Source: Candidatus Moraniibacteriota bacterium (GTDB lineage Bacteria; Patescibacteriota; Minisyncoccia; Moranbacterales; UBA1568). Taken from it: DNA of 64,000 nt. Every line of letters starts with the position of its first letter. The first letter of the stretch is position 1. The DNA is taken from positions 41,280 to 105,279 of the forward strand of contig JAAXXG010000001.1 of assembly GCA_013334575.1 (NCBI GenBank). Reading direction: 5' to 3'. The notes under the pieces are model-generated. The model made no database searches and was not told the DNA's origin. It saw only the letters and a program-made list of their open reading frames with translations. A program made the position numbers and the translations under genes. Below are positions 50,160 through 58,450 of the stretch, one piece after another.

Positions 50160-50671
50160 GCAAGATCATGACGCTCACGATGATCGTCCGGGACGGGAAG
50201 ATGCTTCTCGGCATGAAGAAGCGGGGATTCGGTGTCGGAAAATGGAACGGATTCGGAGGAAAGGTTGAGGAAGGGGAATCGATACGCGAAGCCGCCATAC
50301 GCGAAGTCTTCGAAGAATCGGGCCTGACCGTCGAAGAACTCGAGGAAGCGGGAACGGCTGAGTTTTCTTTCGAGGACGGGACCGGGTCGCGGACGGTTCA
50401 TGTGTTCCGATGCGCTTCGTACTCGGGAGACCCGGTCGAGACGGATGAGATGCGACCGGAATGGTTTGACCTGGACAGACTTCCGATTTCGGACATGTGG
50501 CCCGCCGATACGCATTGGCTGTCCGGCTACTTCCTCCATGACAAACCGTTTCGGGCGGAATTCCTGTATGATCACCCGACGGCACCGGACCGTCCCAGTA
50601 CGATCCTCCGGATGGAAATCTCGGAAATTCGGAATGATGAAAATATTTCCGGTCGAATTTCTATCCGATAA
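50156..50671 (+). CDS. 8-oxo-dGTP diphosphatase (MTH1-like NUDIX)
   Basis: LLGMKKRGFG.GKWNGFGGKVE.GE...AAIREV.EESG, E.DEM.P.WF, MWPAD. Confidence 0.9.
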   Translation: MSKIMTLTMIVRDGKMLLGMKKRGFGVGKWNGFGGKVEEGESIREAAIREVFEESGLTVEELEEAGTAEFSFEDGTGSRTVHVFRCASYSGDPVETDEMRPEWFDLDRLPISDMWPADTHWLSGYFLHDKPFRAEFLYDHPTAPDRPSTILRMEISEIRNDENISGRISIR

Positions 50672-50711
50672 CGCGTAGTGGAAAAAGTCTTCAATCGGGC
50701 TCTTTGACGAC

Positions 50712-50817
50712 AAAAAAACCGGCATACCCGCGTTTTCAACCAAACAAAGGAGTGAATGGGTGAAGTGCCTGCTGTGCACGCGGGTTGCCGGTCCATAATC
50801 GCTGTCGGAACGAACTG
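50712..50817 (-). ncRNA. Candidate small RNA 1 (about 105 nt)
   Basis: TTGACA-16-TATACT at 50850-50823; long terminal stem (50718-50733 with 50778-50792) followed by a T7 run. Confidence 0.55.
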
Positions 50818-50857
50818 AGTGGAGTATAGTCTATCGCCCGTTCCTGTCAAGAGTCGC

Positions 50858-50945
50858 AAAAAATGAACCCGGCCGACCCTGCCCGTTGGCATAGAATTCG
50901 ACCGGGTTACCGCGTTTGTCGCTGAACAAGCCGCGGGAAGAACTG
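50858..50945 (-). ncRNA. Candidate small RNA 2 (about 88 nt)
   Basis: TATACT at 50956-50951, 5' hairpin, terminator AACCCGGTCGA/TCGGCCGGGTT followed by a T6 run. Confidence 0.5.
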
Positions 50946-50970
50946 TCACCAGTATAGTCGGGATCAAAGG

Positions 50971-51145
50971 AAAAAAACAACCCCGTCTGTGATTGTTTTC
51001 CACCGAAGCGGAATCATCAGACGGGGTGCAGCGGCGTGTCCCCCAATTCACGCCGCCTATTGCCTGTATTGCGCAGACAAATCCAAATCAAGAAAGGTAC
51101 TATGCACCTACCCGGTAGCCACTTTTTGGCCACCGTTCCGTAGTG
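50971..51145 (-). ncRNA. Candidate small RNA 3 (about 175 nt)
   Basis: TTGACG-17-TAAATT (extended TGn) at 51179-51151, three internal hairpins, terminator ACCCCGTCTG/CAGACGGGGT followed by a T7 run. Confidence 0.55.
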
Positions 51146-51274
51146 ATACGAATTTATCACTTGAACAGCCATGCGTCAAGAGTGGGTGAAAGTATTTCAA
51201 GTGACGGAATATCTCCGAAAGGCTTTCCTTTCTGAGCCATATCGATATACAATCCGATATAATGGCTTATCCAT

Positions 51275-52345
51275 ATGGATTTATCCGATCTCGAATCGTA
51301 CGATTACAAGCTTCCTGAAGAACTTATCCGGAAACGCGGCGTGGAACCGCGCGACTCGGCACGTCTCTTCGTTTACGACACGGCCGAGAACCTGGTCGTT
51401 CACGATACGTTCGCGAATCTTAGTGACCATCTTCCGAAAGGATCGCTGCTCGTACTCAACGAAACCCGCGTCGTCCCGGCGCGCCTCGTCCTGCGGAAAG
51501 AAACGGGCGGCAAGATCGAGGTCTTCGTACTGGCGAACGAGATACGAAACGGCGAGGACACCGTTCCGGTCCTTGTCGACCGGAAGTGCGTCCCCGGAAT
51601 GCGGCTTTCGTTTCCGGATGGGAGTTATTTCGAGGTCGTTTCGCAACGGGAGAATCGATTTTTCGTCCGGCCAGTATCCGAAATGGCGCTCGGTGAGCTG
51701 CTCGATCGGTACGGCTCGACGCCGATCCCTCATTATCTGGAAAACGGGAACGAAGCGGACGAGGAGATGGCTCTCAGGAGCCGATATCAGACCGTTTTCG
51801 CGAATGCCGGCGCATCCGTCGCCGCACCGACCGCATCGCTTCACTTCACGGAGAAGGTATTCGACCGGCTCCGGGAAAAGGGAGCAGGGGCGGTTCGGAT
51901 CGGACTCGACGTCGGTCTCGGAACCTTCTCGCCGCTCCGGCGGGAACACTTCGAGACCGGACGGCTTCATCGCGAGCATGTCACCGTATCCGCGGAAGCC
52001 GCGACCCGACTTTCGGAAGCGAAACGGAAGGGGAATGCCATCGTCGCCGTCGGTACGACCGCGCTTCGGACGCTCGAGACGGTAGTTCAGACGGATGAGT
52101 CGGGAGTAGCACGCTTCGCGGCATACGAAGGCGAGACCGACATCTTCATCAGGCCTCCGTACGTCTTCCTGTCAGCCGATATGCTGATTACCAATTTCCA
52201 TCTCCCGAAGAGCTCGCTTATGCTGCTCGTAGAAGCGTTCCTTCGGGACAAAGGAGCGGACAGGAGTCTGGTTTCGCTGTATGAAGAGGCGATCCGGGAG
52301 AGCTATTCCTTCTATTCGTTCGGCGACTCGATGCTTATCCGATGA
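51275..52345 (+). CDS. queA: SAM:tRNA ribosyltransferase-isomerase
   Basis: YDY.LPEELI, NETRV.PARL, YQTVFA, SVAAPTASLHFT, AVGTT..R.LE, TNFHLPKS, SFGDSM. Confidence 0.96.
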   Translation: MDLSDLESYDYKLPEELIRKRGVEPRDSARLFVYDTAENLVVHDTFANLSDHLPKGSLLVLNETRVVPARLVLRKETGGKIEVFVLANEIRNGEDTVPVLVDRKCVPGMRLSFPDGSYFEVVSQRENRFFVRPVSEMALGELLDRYGSTPIPHYLENGNEADEEMALRSRYQTVFANAGASVAAPTASLHFTEKVFDRLREKGAGAVRIGLDVGLGTFSPLRREHFETGRLHREHVTVSAEAATRLSEAKRKGNAIVAVGTTALRTLETVVQTDESGVARFAAYEGETDIFIRPPYVFLSADMLITNFHLPKSSLMLLVEAFLRDKGADRSLVSLYEEAIRESYSFYSFGDSMLIR

Positions 52346-52422
52346 TTCGGACATGGGACAGGGAGGCTCGAAGCGCAACGCCGTTCCGGCCCTGTGCTAA
52401 AATGACGGAAACGGACGAATCT

Positions 52423-52725
52423 ATGAGATATGACAAACTAGTCAGGGATCGTATTCCGGAACTGATACGCGAAAAGAATCAATCCTGCTCGTTTCATGTC
52501 GCGACGGACGAGGAGTACCGGAAAAAACTCTACGAAAAGCTTCACGAGGAGGCGGAAGAACTCGTCGCCGACCGGAATGCGGGGGAGGTCGCGGACATCC
52601 TGGAAGTACTCGATGCGATCATGGCGCTCGAGGGCATTTCTCCGGAAGAGGTCTCCGTCGTGAAGCAGGAAAAACATGAACGGCGCGGAGGCTTCGAAAG
52701 TCGGATCATCCTGGAGGAATCATGA
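52423..52725 (+). CDS. All-alpha NTP pyrophosphohydrolase (MazG/PRA-PH-like)
   Basis: YDKLVRDRIPE, KL.EE..E, E.AD.LEV, K...RGGF. Confidence 0.85.
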   Translation: MRYDKLVRDRIPELIREKNQSCSFHVATDEEYRKKLYEKLHEEAEELVADRNAGEVADILEVLDAIMALEGISPEEVSVVKQEKHERRGGFESRIILEES

Positions 52726-52726
52726 T

Positions 52727-53113
52727 ATGAAAAAGAAAATGATCGTCGCCGTACTCGGAGCGAGCGATAAGCCGGCGCGGTATTCGAACAAGGCGGTCCG
52801 GGAACTTGTCGCCCACGGGTACGACGTCATACCGATCCATCCTTCGCTTTCAGCCGTAGAAGGAATTCCGGTCGTTCGTGGAATGAACGGAATCGACGGC
52901 GAAGTCGACGCGCTTTCGGTGTATGTGAGGCCGGATATCAGCGGAAACCTTGCGGACGAGATCATCCGACTTGCACCGAAGACGGCCATATTCAATCCCG
53001 GAACGGAGAATCCGGATCTCGAAGGACGCCTTTCCGAGGCGGGTATCCGTGTGGCCCATGCCTGCACCGTTACGACGCTCCGGACCGGCACGTTCGCCTC
53101 ACTCATACGGTAA
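52727..53113 (+). CDS. CoA-binding protein (YccU-like)
   Basis: VAVLGAS.KP.RYS, P.HP, FNPGTE, ACT. Confidence 0.88.
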   Translation: MKKKMIVAVLGASDKPARYSNKAVRELVAHGYDVIPIHPSLSAVEGIPVVRGMNGIDGEVDALSVYVRPDISGNLADEIIRLAPKTAIFNPGTENPDLEGRLSEAGIRVAHACTVTTLRTGTFASLIR

Positions 53114-53123
53114 CGATCCTCCT

Positions 53124-54272
53124 GTGACCTTCCGTCTTCTCAGAGCGTTTTCCTTCATCTTCTCGGTCGTCATCGGACTTGCGATGGCATACGCATCCGT
53201 CACGGGAGTCCGTTTCGGAGTGCAGGCTTTCGGTGCACGGACCGTTTCCGCTACCACGGTTTCCTCGGAGATCAGGGATCCCGAACAGCCGTTCCTTATA
53301 TCGTTCTCGGATTCCGTAGGATCTTCGGATGCTCTTTCCGGTCTCTCGGTCGAACCGGCGACACCGTTTCACACCGAATGGCGCGATGGTGGAAAGATTC
53401 TCGCAGTCCTTCCCGAAACGGCGTGGGAGTCGGGAGCAACCTACCGAATAGGGTCGGCAGGCGGTCATGTCGGCGTTCGGACCCGCGTCGAACCGTTCTC
53501 ACTCGGATTCTCGGTTCCGGGGTACCCCGCCGTCGCCGAGGTCAATCCTTCCGATGGTGCGTCCGACGTGCTGCTCGACATTGAGGATCCGATCACGGTC
53601 CGTTTCGACCGTTCTATATCGGATTTTTTCGCGGACTTTTCGATAACGCCGGACATAGGCGTCACGTACGAGAACGATTCCGATAAGACGACGTTCCGGA
53701 TCCTTCCGCGAGAACCGCTCCGGCCGGATACCGTCTATACGATGACCGTGCGTGTCAGATGGCGATACGAAGCGGATGACGCGTTTCGTGAAGTCACGCG
53801 GGTTTCGTTTCGAACTCCTCCCGCGAAGCCCGTATCGTGGGCGCAGGACGTATCCGAACGCGTCTCGCAGGTCCGACGCTATGCCAAGGCGCCATTGCCG
53901 ATGGGAAAGGTCATAGATATCGATCTCTCGAGTCAGGTCATGACGATCTTCGAGAACGGACAACTGCTTGATGCGTATCCGGTCTCATCCGGGAAGCCCG
54001 GCATGGATACGCCAAAAGGGGAGTATGCGATCCGGAACAAGGCGCCACGCCCGTGGTCTTCCGCGTACGGGCTCTATATGCCGTATTGGATGGCGCTTGT
54101 TCCGGACGGAAAATTCGGAATACACGAGCTTCCCGAATGGCCGGGCGGCTATAAGGAGGGAGCCGCACACCTCGGTCGGCCCGTCTCGCATGGATGCGTC
54201 CGGCTCGGTGTCGGTCCAGCGGAGCGTGTCTTTGCATGGGCGGATATAGGAACTCCGGTCATCGTCCATTGA
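53124..54272 (+). CDS. L,D-transpeptidase (YkuD) with Ig-like (Big_5-like) domains
   Basis: N-terminal TM; IDIDLS.Q, VSSG...TP.G, GIHELP, SHGCVRL. Confidence 0.88.
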   Translation: MTFRLLRAFSFIFSVVIGLAMAYASVTGVRFGVQAFGARTVSATTVSSEIRDPEQPFLISFSDSVGSSDALSGLSVEPATPFHTEWRDGGKILAVLPETAWESGATYRIGSAGGHVGVRTRVEPFSLGFSVPGYPAVAEVNPSDGASDVLLDIEDPITVRFDRSISDFFADFSITPDIGVTYENDSDKTTFRILPREPLRPDTVYTMTVRVRWRYEADDAFREVTRVSFRTPPAKPVSWAQDVSERVSQVRRYAKAPLPMGKVIDIDLSSQVMTIFENGQLLDAYPVSSGKPGMDTPKGEYAIRNKAPRPWSSAYGLYMPYWMALVPDGKFGIHELPEWPGGYKEGAAHLGRPVSHGCVRLGVGPAERVFAWADIGTPVIVH

Positions 54273-54392
54273 CAGTCCTTGAAAAGTCGCTGGAAAAGCC
54301 TCCGATTCCGTGGTATCCTGGATCGGTTACCGGTGCGGATGCCCGGTTTTTGGTGAGCCGAAACGGAGGGGCAGTATCAGAGAGACCACCCT

Positions 54393-55154
54393 ATGAACCA
54401 AGTCATCATCATGGCCGGCGGAAAGGGCACCCGCATGAACATGGTCGAAAAACCCAAGACCATGATCGAGGTGGCCGGCAAGCCGATCGTCGAACATATC
54501 GTCGAGGCCGCCGAGAAAGCCGTCCCCGAGACGAAGCCCGTCGTCATCATCGGCTTCCAGGGCCACACCATCGTCGAGCACTTCGGAGACCGCATCCATG
54601 CCGTCGAGCAGAAGGAACAGCTCGGCACCGGACACGCCGTCGCCTGCGCCGCCCCGCTCCTCCGGGACGAACGGGACATCGAGCACATCATCGTGCTCGC
54701 CGGCGACCAACCCCTCATCTCCGAGCTCACCATCCGCACCGTCCTCACCCATCACCGGGACCGGAGCGAGACCGTCACCCTCGGTACCGTCGTCGTTCCC
54801 GACTACGAGGGTATCAACGCCCACCTCCTCCACTACGGACGCATCGTCCGAGGAGAAGACGGCTCCGTCCTCCGCATCGTCGAGTACAAGGACGCCACCG
54901 ACGCGGAACGCGCCCTCCGTGAGGTCAACACCAGCATCTACTGCTTCGACGCGAAGTGGCTCTGGGAGCACATCGACCGTCTCGAAAGCGACAATGCCGC
55001 CAAGGAGTTCTACCTGACCGACCTCATCGCCATGGCCATGGGAGAGGGGAGGACCATCTGCGCTCTCGCGCTGCCGAATCCCGAGGAGGGACTCAACGTG
55101 AACACGCCGGAGCAGCTGGAAGTGATAGAGGGGATATTCGGGAATCGTTTATGA
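54393..55154 (+). CDS. GlmU N-terminal uridyltransferase domain only
   Basis: MAGGKGTRM..PK, Q.EQLGTGHAV, GD.P, YGRIVR, EVNT..Y, EFYLTD; no left-handed beta-helix domain. Confidence 0.85.
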   Translation: MNQVIIMAGGKGTRMNMVEKPKTMIEVAGKPIVEHIVEAAEKAVPETKPVVIIGFQGHTIVEHFGDRIHAVEQKEQLGTGHAVACAAPLLRDERDIEHIIVLAGDQPLISELTIRTVLTHHRDRSETVTLGTVVVPDYEGINAHLLHYGRIVRGEDGSVLRIVEYKDATDAERALREVNTSIYCFDAKWLWEHIDRLESDNAAKEFYLTDLIAMAMGEGRTICALALPNPEEGLNVNTPEQLEVIEGIFGNRL

Positions 55155-55296
55155 ACGCGTGCCGATCGTGACCATGCGGCGGGTCCGGGCTCGGACCCGC
55201 CTTTTGTATTCCGAAGAATTTTGCATTCCGACAAACGATGGGGTATAACGGCGGTAGTCGGACAGTCTCGTTAACAGAATCGAAGGCAGGTGACCC

Positions 55297-55470
55297 ATGG
55301 TTACGGATACGAACGATCAATCAGGACTTGAGCTCGTCATCATTTCCATCGCGTTTTTTTCGGCCTATGTATTACTGATGGCGATAATGGCTTTTTTGAA
55401 GATATTTTGGCTTCCATATGTGATAGGAGCCGTCGTCATCGGACTCTCATGGAAAGCCGTGTATCGATAG
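55297..55470 (+). CDS. Small (57 aa) two-TM membrane protein, not in the ORF track
   Basis: SD-like AGGTGA; MVTDTNDQSGLELVIISIAFFSAYVLLMAIMAFLKIFWLPYVIGAVVIGLSWKAVYR*. Confidence 0.6.
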   Translation: MVTDTNDQSGLELVIISIAFFSAYVLLMAIMAFLKIFWLPYVIGAVVIGLSWKAVYR

Positions 55471-55564
55471 GGCGGTGCTTCTGCGTACGAAGGATACCGT
55501 GATCAGGAGGGCTATAATGGCTCTCCTGAACTGGTTTTCAGAAGAGGTTCTGTCGGAAAGAGTC

Positions 55565-55593
55565 TTGACAGAACGTTTGTTTCGCTGTAAAAT
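55565..55593 (+). promoter_or_regulatory. Sigma70 promoter
   Basis: TTGACA-17 nt-TAAAAT. Confidence 0.65.
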
Positions 55594-55732
55594 AAGTTGA
55601 TTCCGACACTTGATCGGAATTATCTGGCACATTACCAAATGCGATCAATCGGACAGCGTCTCGGACGTCTCTTTGCGAGGTTTCTGAAGCGCTGTCCGAT
55701 TTCCGGCAGCGCAATAAAAAGAATATCGAACG

Positions 55733-56242
55733 ATGTACAAGAAAGGTATCATTATCGACCCCCACGGAAAACGGTGGACTTTTGCTCCAGAGTCCTTATC
55801 GTACGTGCTGAGGGATGCGCAGAGAAACGTCATATTCACGATAAGCGTGAAAGATACTGAACTGATTGTTCCTGACTTTGAGAACGATCTCCCTCAATTG
55901 CAAAACTTCGATATCGAACTTGACATATCCGGGTCAACGCTATTCGCTCAACCGGCATCGGAATGCCGGAAGTGCCTGATGATTTTGTATGTGAATGCCG
56001 TCGACCGAGTCGATTTCTCGAAAAAGGCCGAGCCGTTGCGTTTCATCGAGTTGGGAACGGGAAGGATCGGAAACCCGCGAAAACTGAAACGCGACTGCTG
56101 TCGATTTGAATCGTCGCGAATGCTCGTAGTCGCCCTCCAACCAGGGGGTCGGGTCGTGGTGCATCCCGGAGGCAGGACGTCGTCGGATAAGAAGAAGACG
56201 TATCGTTACACTGGCAACGAAATCTGGACCGCCGTCCCTTAG
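55733..56242 (+). CDS. Hypothetical protein (lower GC)
   Basis: 169-aa ORF downstream of a consensus promoter; no family recognised. Confidence 0.5.
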   Translation: MYKKGIIIDPHGKRWTFAPESLSYVLRDAQRNVIFTISVKDTELIVPDFENDLPQLQNFDIELDISGSTLFAQPASECRKCLMILYVNAVDRVDFSKKAEPLRFIELGTGRIGNPRKLKRDCCRFESSRMLVVALQPGGRVVVHPGGRTSSDKKKTYRYTGNEIWTAVP

Positions 56243-56359
56243 AGGCTCCCAGCGCGCGGAAAGCGGAATCGAGTAAAAAATGAAATCTCCCTTCGGTAGT
56301 ACCCGGGGAGATTTCTTCATTTATGCTAGAATACCGATGAAACTACGAATTTCTATACT

Positions 56360-57766
56360 ATGTCCCTCATGGTCAGCGTCTCGGGAATCCGAGGCATCGT
56401 CGGGGAAGACCTGACACCGGAAAATCTCGTCTCCTACGCCCGGGGGTTCGCCGTCTGGCTGCGGAGATCGGTACCGGATAGCCGGAAACCGCTCGTCGTC
56501 ATCGGTCGGGATACCCGGCCTTCGGGGCGTCCGATCGCCGCACTCATAGCCGAGACGCTCGCCCTTTCCGGGTGCGACGTGATCGACCTCGGTATCGCGA
56601 CCACTCCGACGGTCGAACTCGCCGTCACCGACAAGAAAGCCGACGGAGGCATCATCGTGACCGCATCCCATAATCCCGCTCCCTGGAACGCGCTCAAGCT
56701 GCTTACGTCGGCGGGGGAGTTTCTCAGCGGAACGGAGCTCGACGAATTCCTCGCCGCGACGGACCATGCCGATCGGTCCTCGGCCGCCTGGGACGGTATC
56801 GGTTCCGTCGAGCGCGACGCGACGGCGGATACGGCACATATGGACCGGATCCTGGCGCTCCCGTTCGTCGACACGGACGCGATATCGCGGCAGGGATTCC
56901 GGGTCCTCGTGGACGCCGTGGAAGGGGCCGGCTCGTCCGTGGTTCCGGCGCTCTGCGAGCGGCTCGGTATCGCGCACGTGGAACGGCTCGACTGCGACGG
57001 AACCGGCCTGTTTCCGAGGAATCCCGAACCGATCATCGACAACCTCGGGGAAACGATCGCGAAAGTCCGCGAGACGGACTGCGACTTCGGCATCATCGTC
57101 GATCCGGACGTCGACCGACTCGCGCTCGTCTGCGAGGATGGAACGCTCTTCGGCGAAGAATACACCCTCGTGGCCTGCGCCGATTTCTACCTTGAGAAAT
57201 ATCCCGGAACCGTCGTGAATAACCTCTCGAGTAGCCGCGCGCTTCGCGACGTGGCCGTCTTACACGGACAGCGATGCGTCAGCGCCGCAGTCGGCGAAGC
57301 GAACGTCGTTTCTGTCATGAAGGAGGAAGATGCTGTCATCGGCGGCGAGGGAAACGGCGGCGTCATCCTGCCGTCGCTTCACTACGGGCGAGACGCGCTT
57401 GTCGGTATCGCACTGTTCGTTTCTGCGTTCGCATCCTGGCGCGAGAAACGCGGAGCGGATGAGGAGCGTACGCTCTCAGCCTTCCGAAAGACCTTCCCGC
57501 AATACTTCATGGCCAAGAAGAAGATCGAGGTCTCCGTCCCGAAGGACCGTCTCGCAACACTCTTTGAGACGATTGCACAGGCACATCCTGAAGCCGAACC
57601 GGATACGCGCGACGGTCTCAAACTTGATTTTCCGGACTCCTGGGTCCATCTCCGGGCCTCGAACACCGAACCGATCGTCCGTATCTATACCGAAGCGAAG
57701 ACGGCGGAAGAAGCCGACCGGATAGCGGAATCGTATATTTCAGAAATCTCCGCGATTCAGGAATAA
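56360..57766 (+). CDS. glmM: Phosphoglucosamine mutase / phosphohexomutase
   Basis: SGIRG, GRDTR, TASHNP (phospho-Ser), DPDVDR, GGEGNGG, RASNTEP. Confidence 0.88.
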   Translation: MSLMVSVSGIRGIVGEDLTPENLVSYARGFAVWLRRSVPDSRKPLVVIGRDTRPSGRPIAALIAETLALSGCDVIDLGIATTPTVELAVTDKKADGGIIVTASHNPAPWNALKLLTSAGEFLSGTELDEFLAATDHADRSSAAWDGIGSVERDATADTAHMDRILALPFVDTDAISRQGFRVLVDAVEGAGSSVVPALCERLGIAHVERLDCDGTGLFPRNPEPIIDNLGETIAKVRETDCDFGIIVDPDVDRLALVCEDGTLFGEEYTLVACADFYLEKYPGTVVNNLSSSRALRDVAVLHGQRCVSAAVGEANVVSVMKEEDAVIGGEGNGGVILPSLHYGRDALVGIALFVSAFASWREKRGADEERTLSAFRKTFPQYFMAKKKIEVSVPKDRLATLFETIAQAHPEAEPDTRDGLKLDFPDSWVHLRASNTEPIVRIYTEAKTAEEADRIAESYISEISAIQE

Positions 57767-57815
57767 GCCCAAGGGATGGGATTTTCGGGGCCGATGGCGC
57801 TTCCGTTTCCGGTAC

Positions 57816-58065
57816 TTGATTTATTTTTGCGGAAGTGCTATAATATAGACGAATGAGGATAGTGCCGAAACAGTTTCGGACAACGGCCTTTCGGCTTCGG
57901 AATCGGGCAATGTCCCGCTTCTCCTCGTCAGTCGGCGTCCAGAACAAAACCAGGGAGGTAGTGATGCGATGACCACCCCTCTTGCGCGTAATCATACATA
58001 AAACGGCCGGGCAACTAAGAGGAGTCCTTGCGAGCGCAACGCCGGACTCCTCTTCTTATTTTTTT
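57816..58065 (+). ncRNA. Stand-alone small transcription unit (structured RNA or sORF)
   Basis: TTGATT-17-TATAAT (extended TGn) at 57816-57844; terminator AAGAGGAGTCC/GGACTCCTCTT plus T-run at 58017-58065. Confidence 0.5.
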
Positions 58066-58189
58066 CTCCGAACCGTTCTGATACGAAGGTATGCATCGGT
58101 TTTCATTCCGCTTCAGGCAAAGGCCTGCTTCGGAAGCGAATCACGATTCCTGTCCGCACTGAACCGGAAAGCCCAGACTTCGCTCACGT

Positions 58190-58417
58190 TCATCTTTTCT
58201 TATCGAATGTCGTATCGACGAGGATCGCCATCGGGCAGTAGCCCGTCATCGCGAAGAAGACAAGCATGACGCCCACGAAGAGATCGCCCCACGCGAAGCG
58301 GATGTCCGCAAGGATCGAGAGTGCCGCGAAGACCGCGACCATGATTCCCGCGATGGCGAACATGATCCGCTCGACCGTCCACGCGGAGGTATCGAGCCGG
58401 TAGATATTCCGTTTCAT
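58190..58417 (-). CDS. DUF2892/YgaP-like small membrane protein
   Basis: W.VER...IAG, two TMs, TGYCP motif. Confidence 0.85.
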   Translation of the reverse strand: MKRNIYRLDTSAWTVERIMFAIAGIMVAVFAALSILADIRFAWGDLFVGVMLVFFAMTGYCPMAILVDTTFDKKR

Positions 58418-58450
58418 AGTGGTTTCGTTGCGATTTCCGATGTTCCGACG

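Noticed and set aside
50572-51189. ORFs 50572-51051 (-) and 50989-51189 (+) as proteins
   Set aside because: They cross several promoter and terminator signals, have atypical composition and no recognisable motifs
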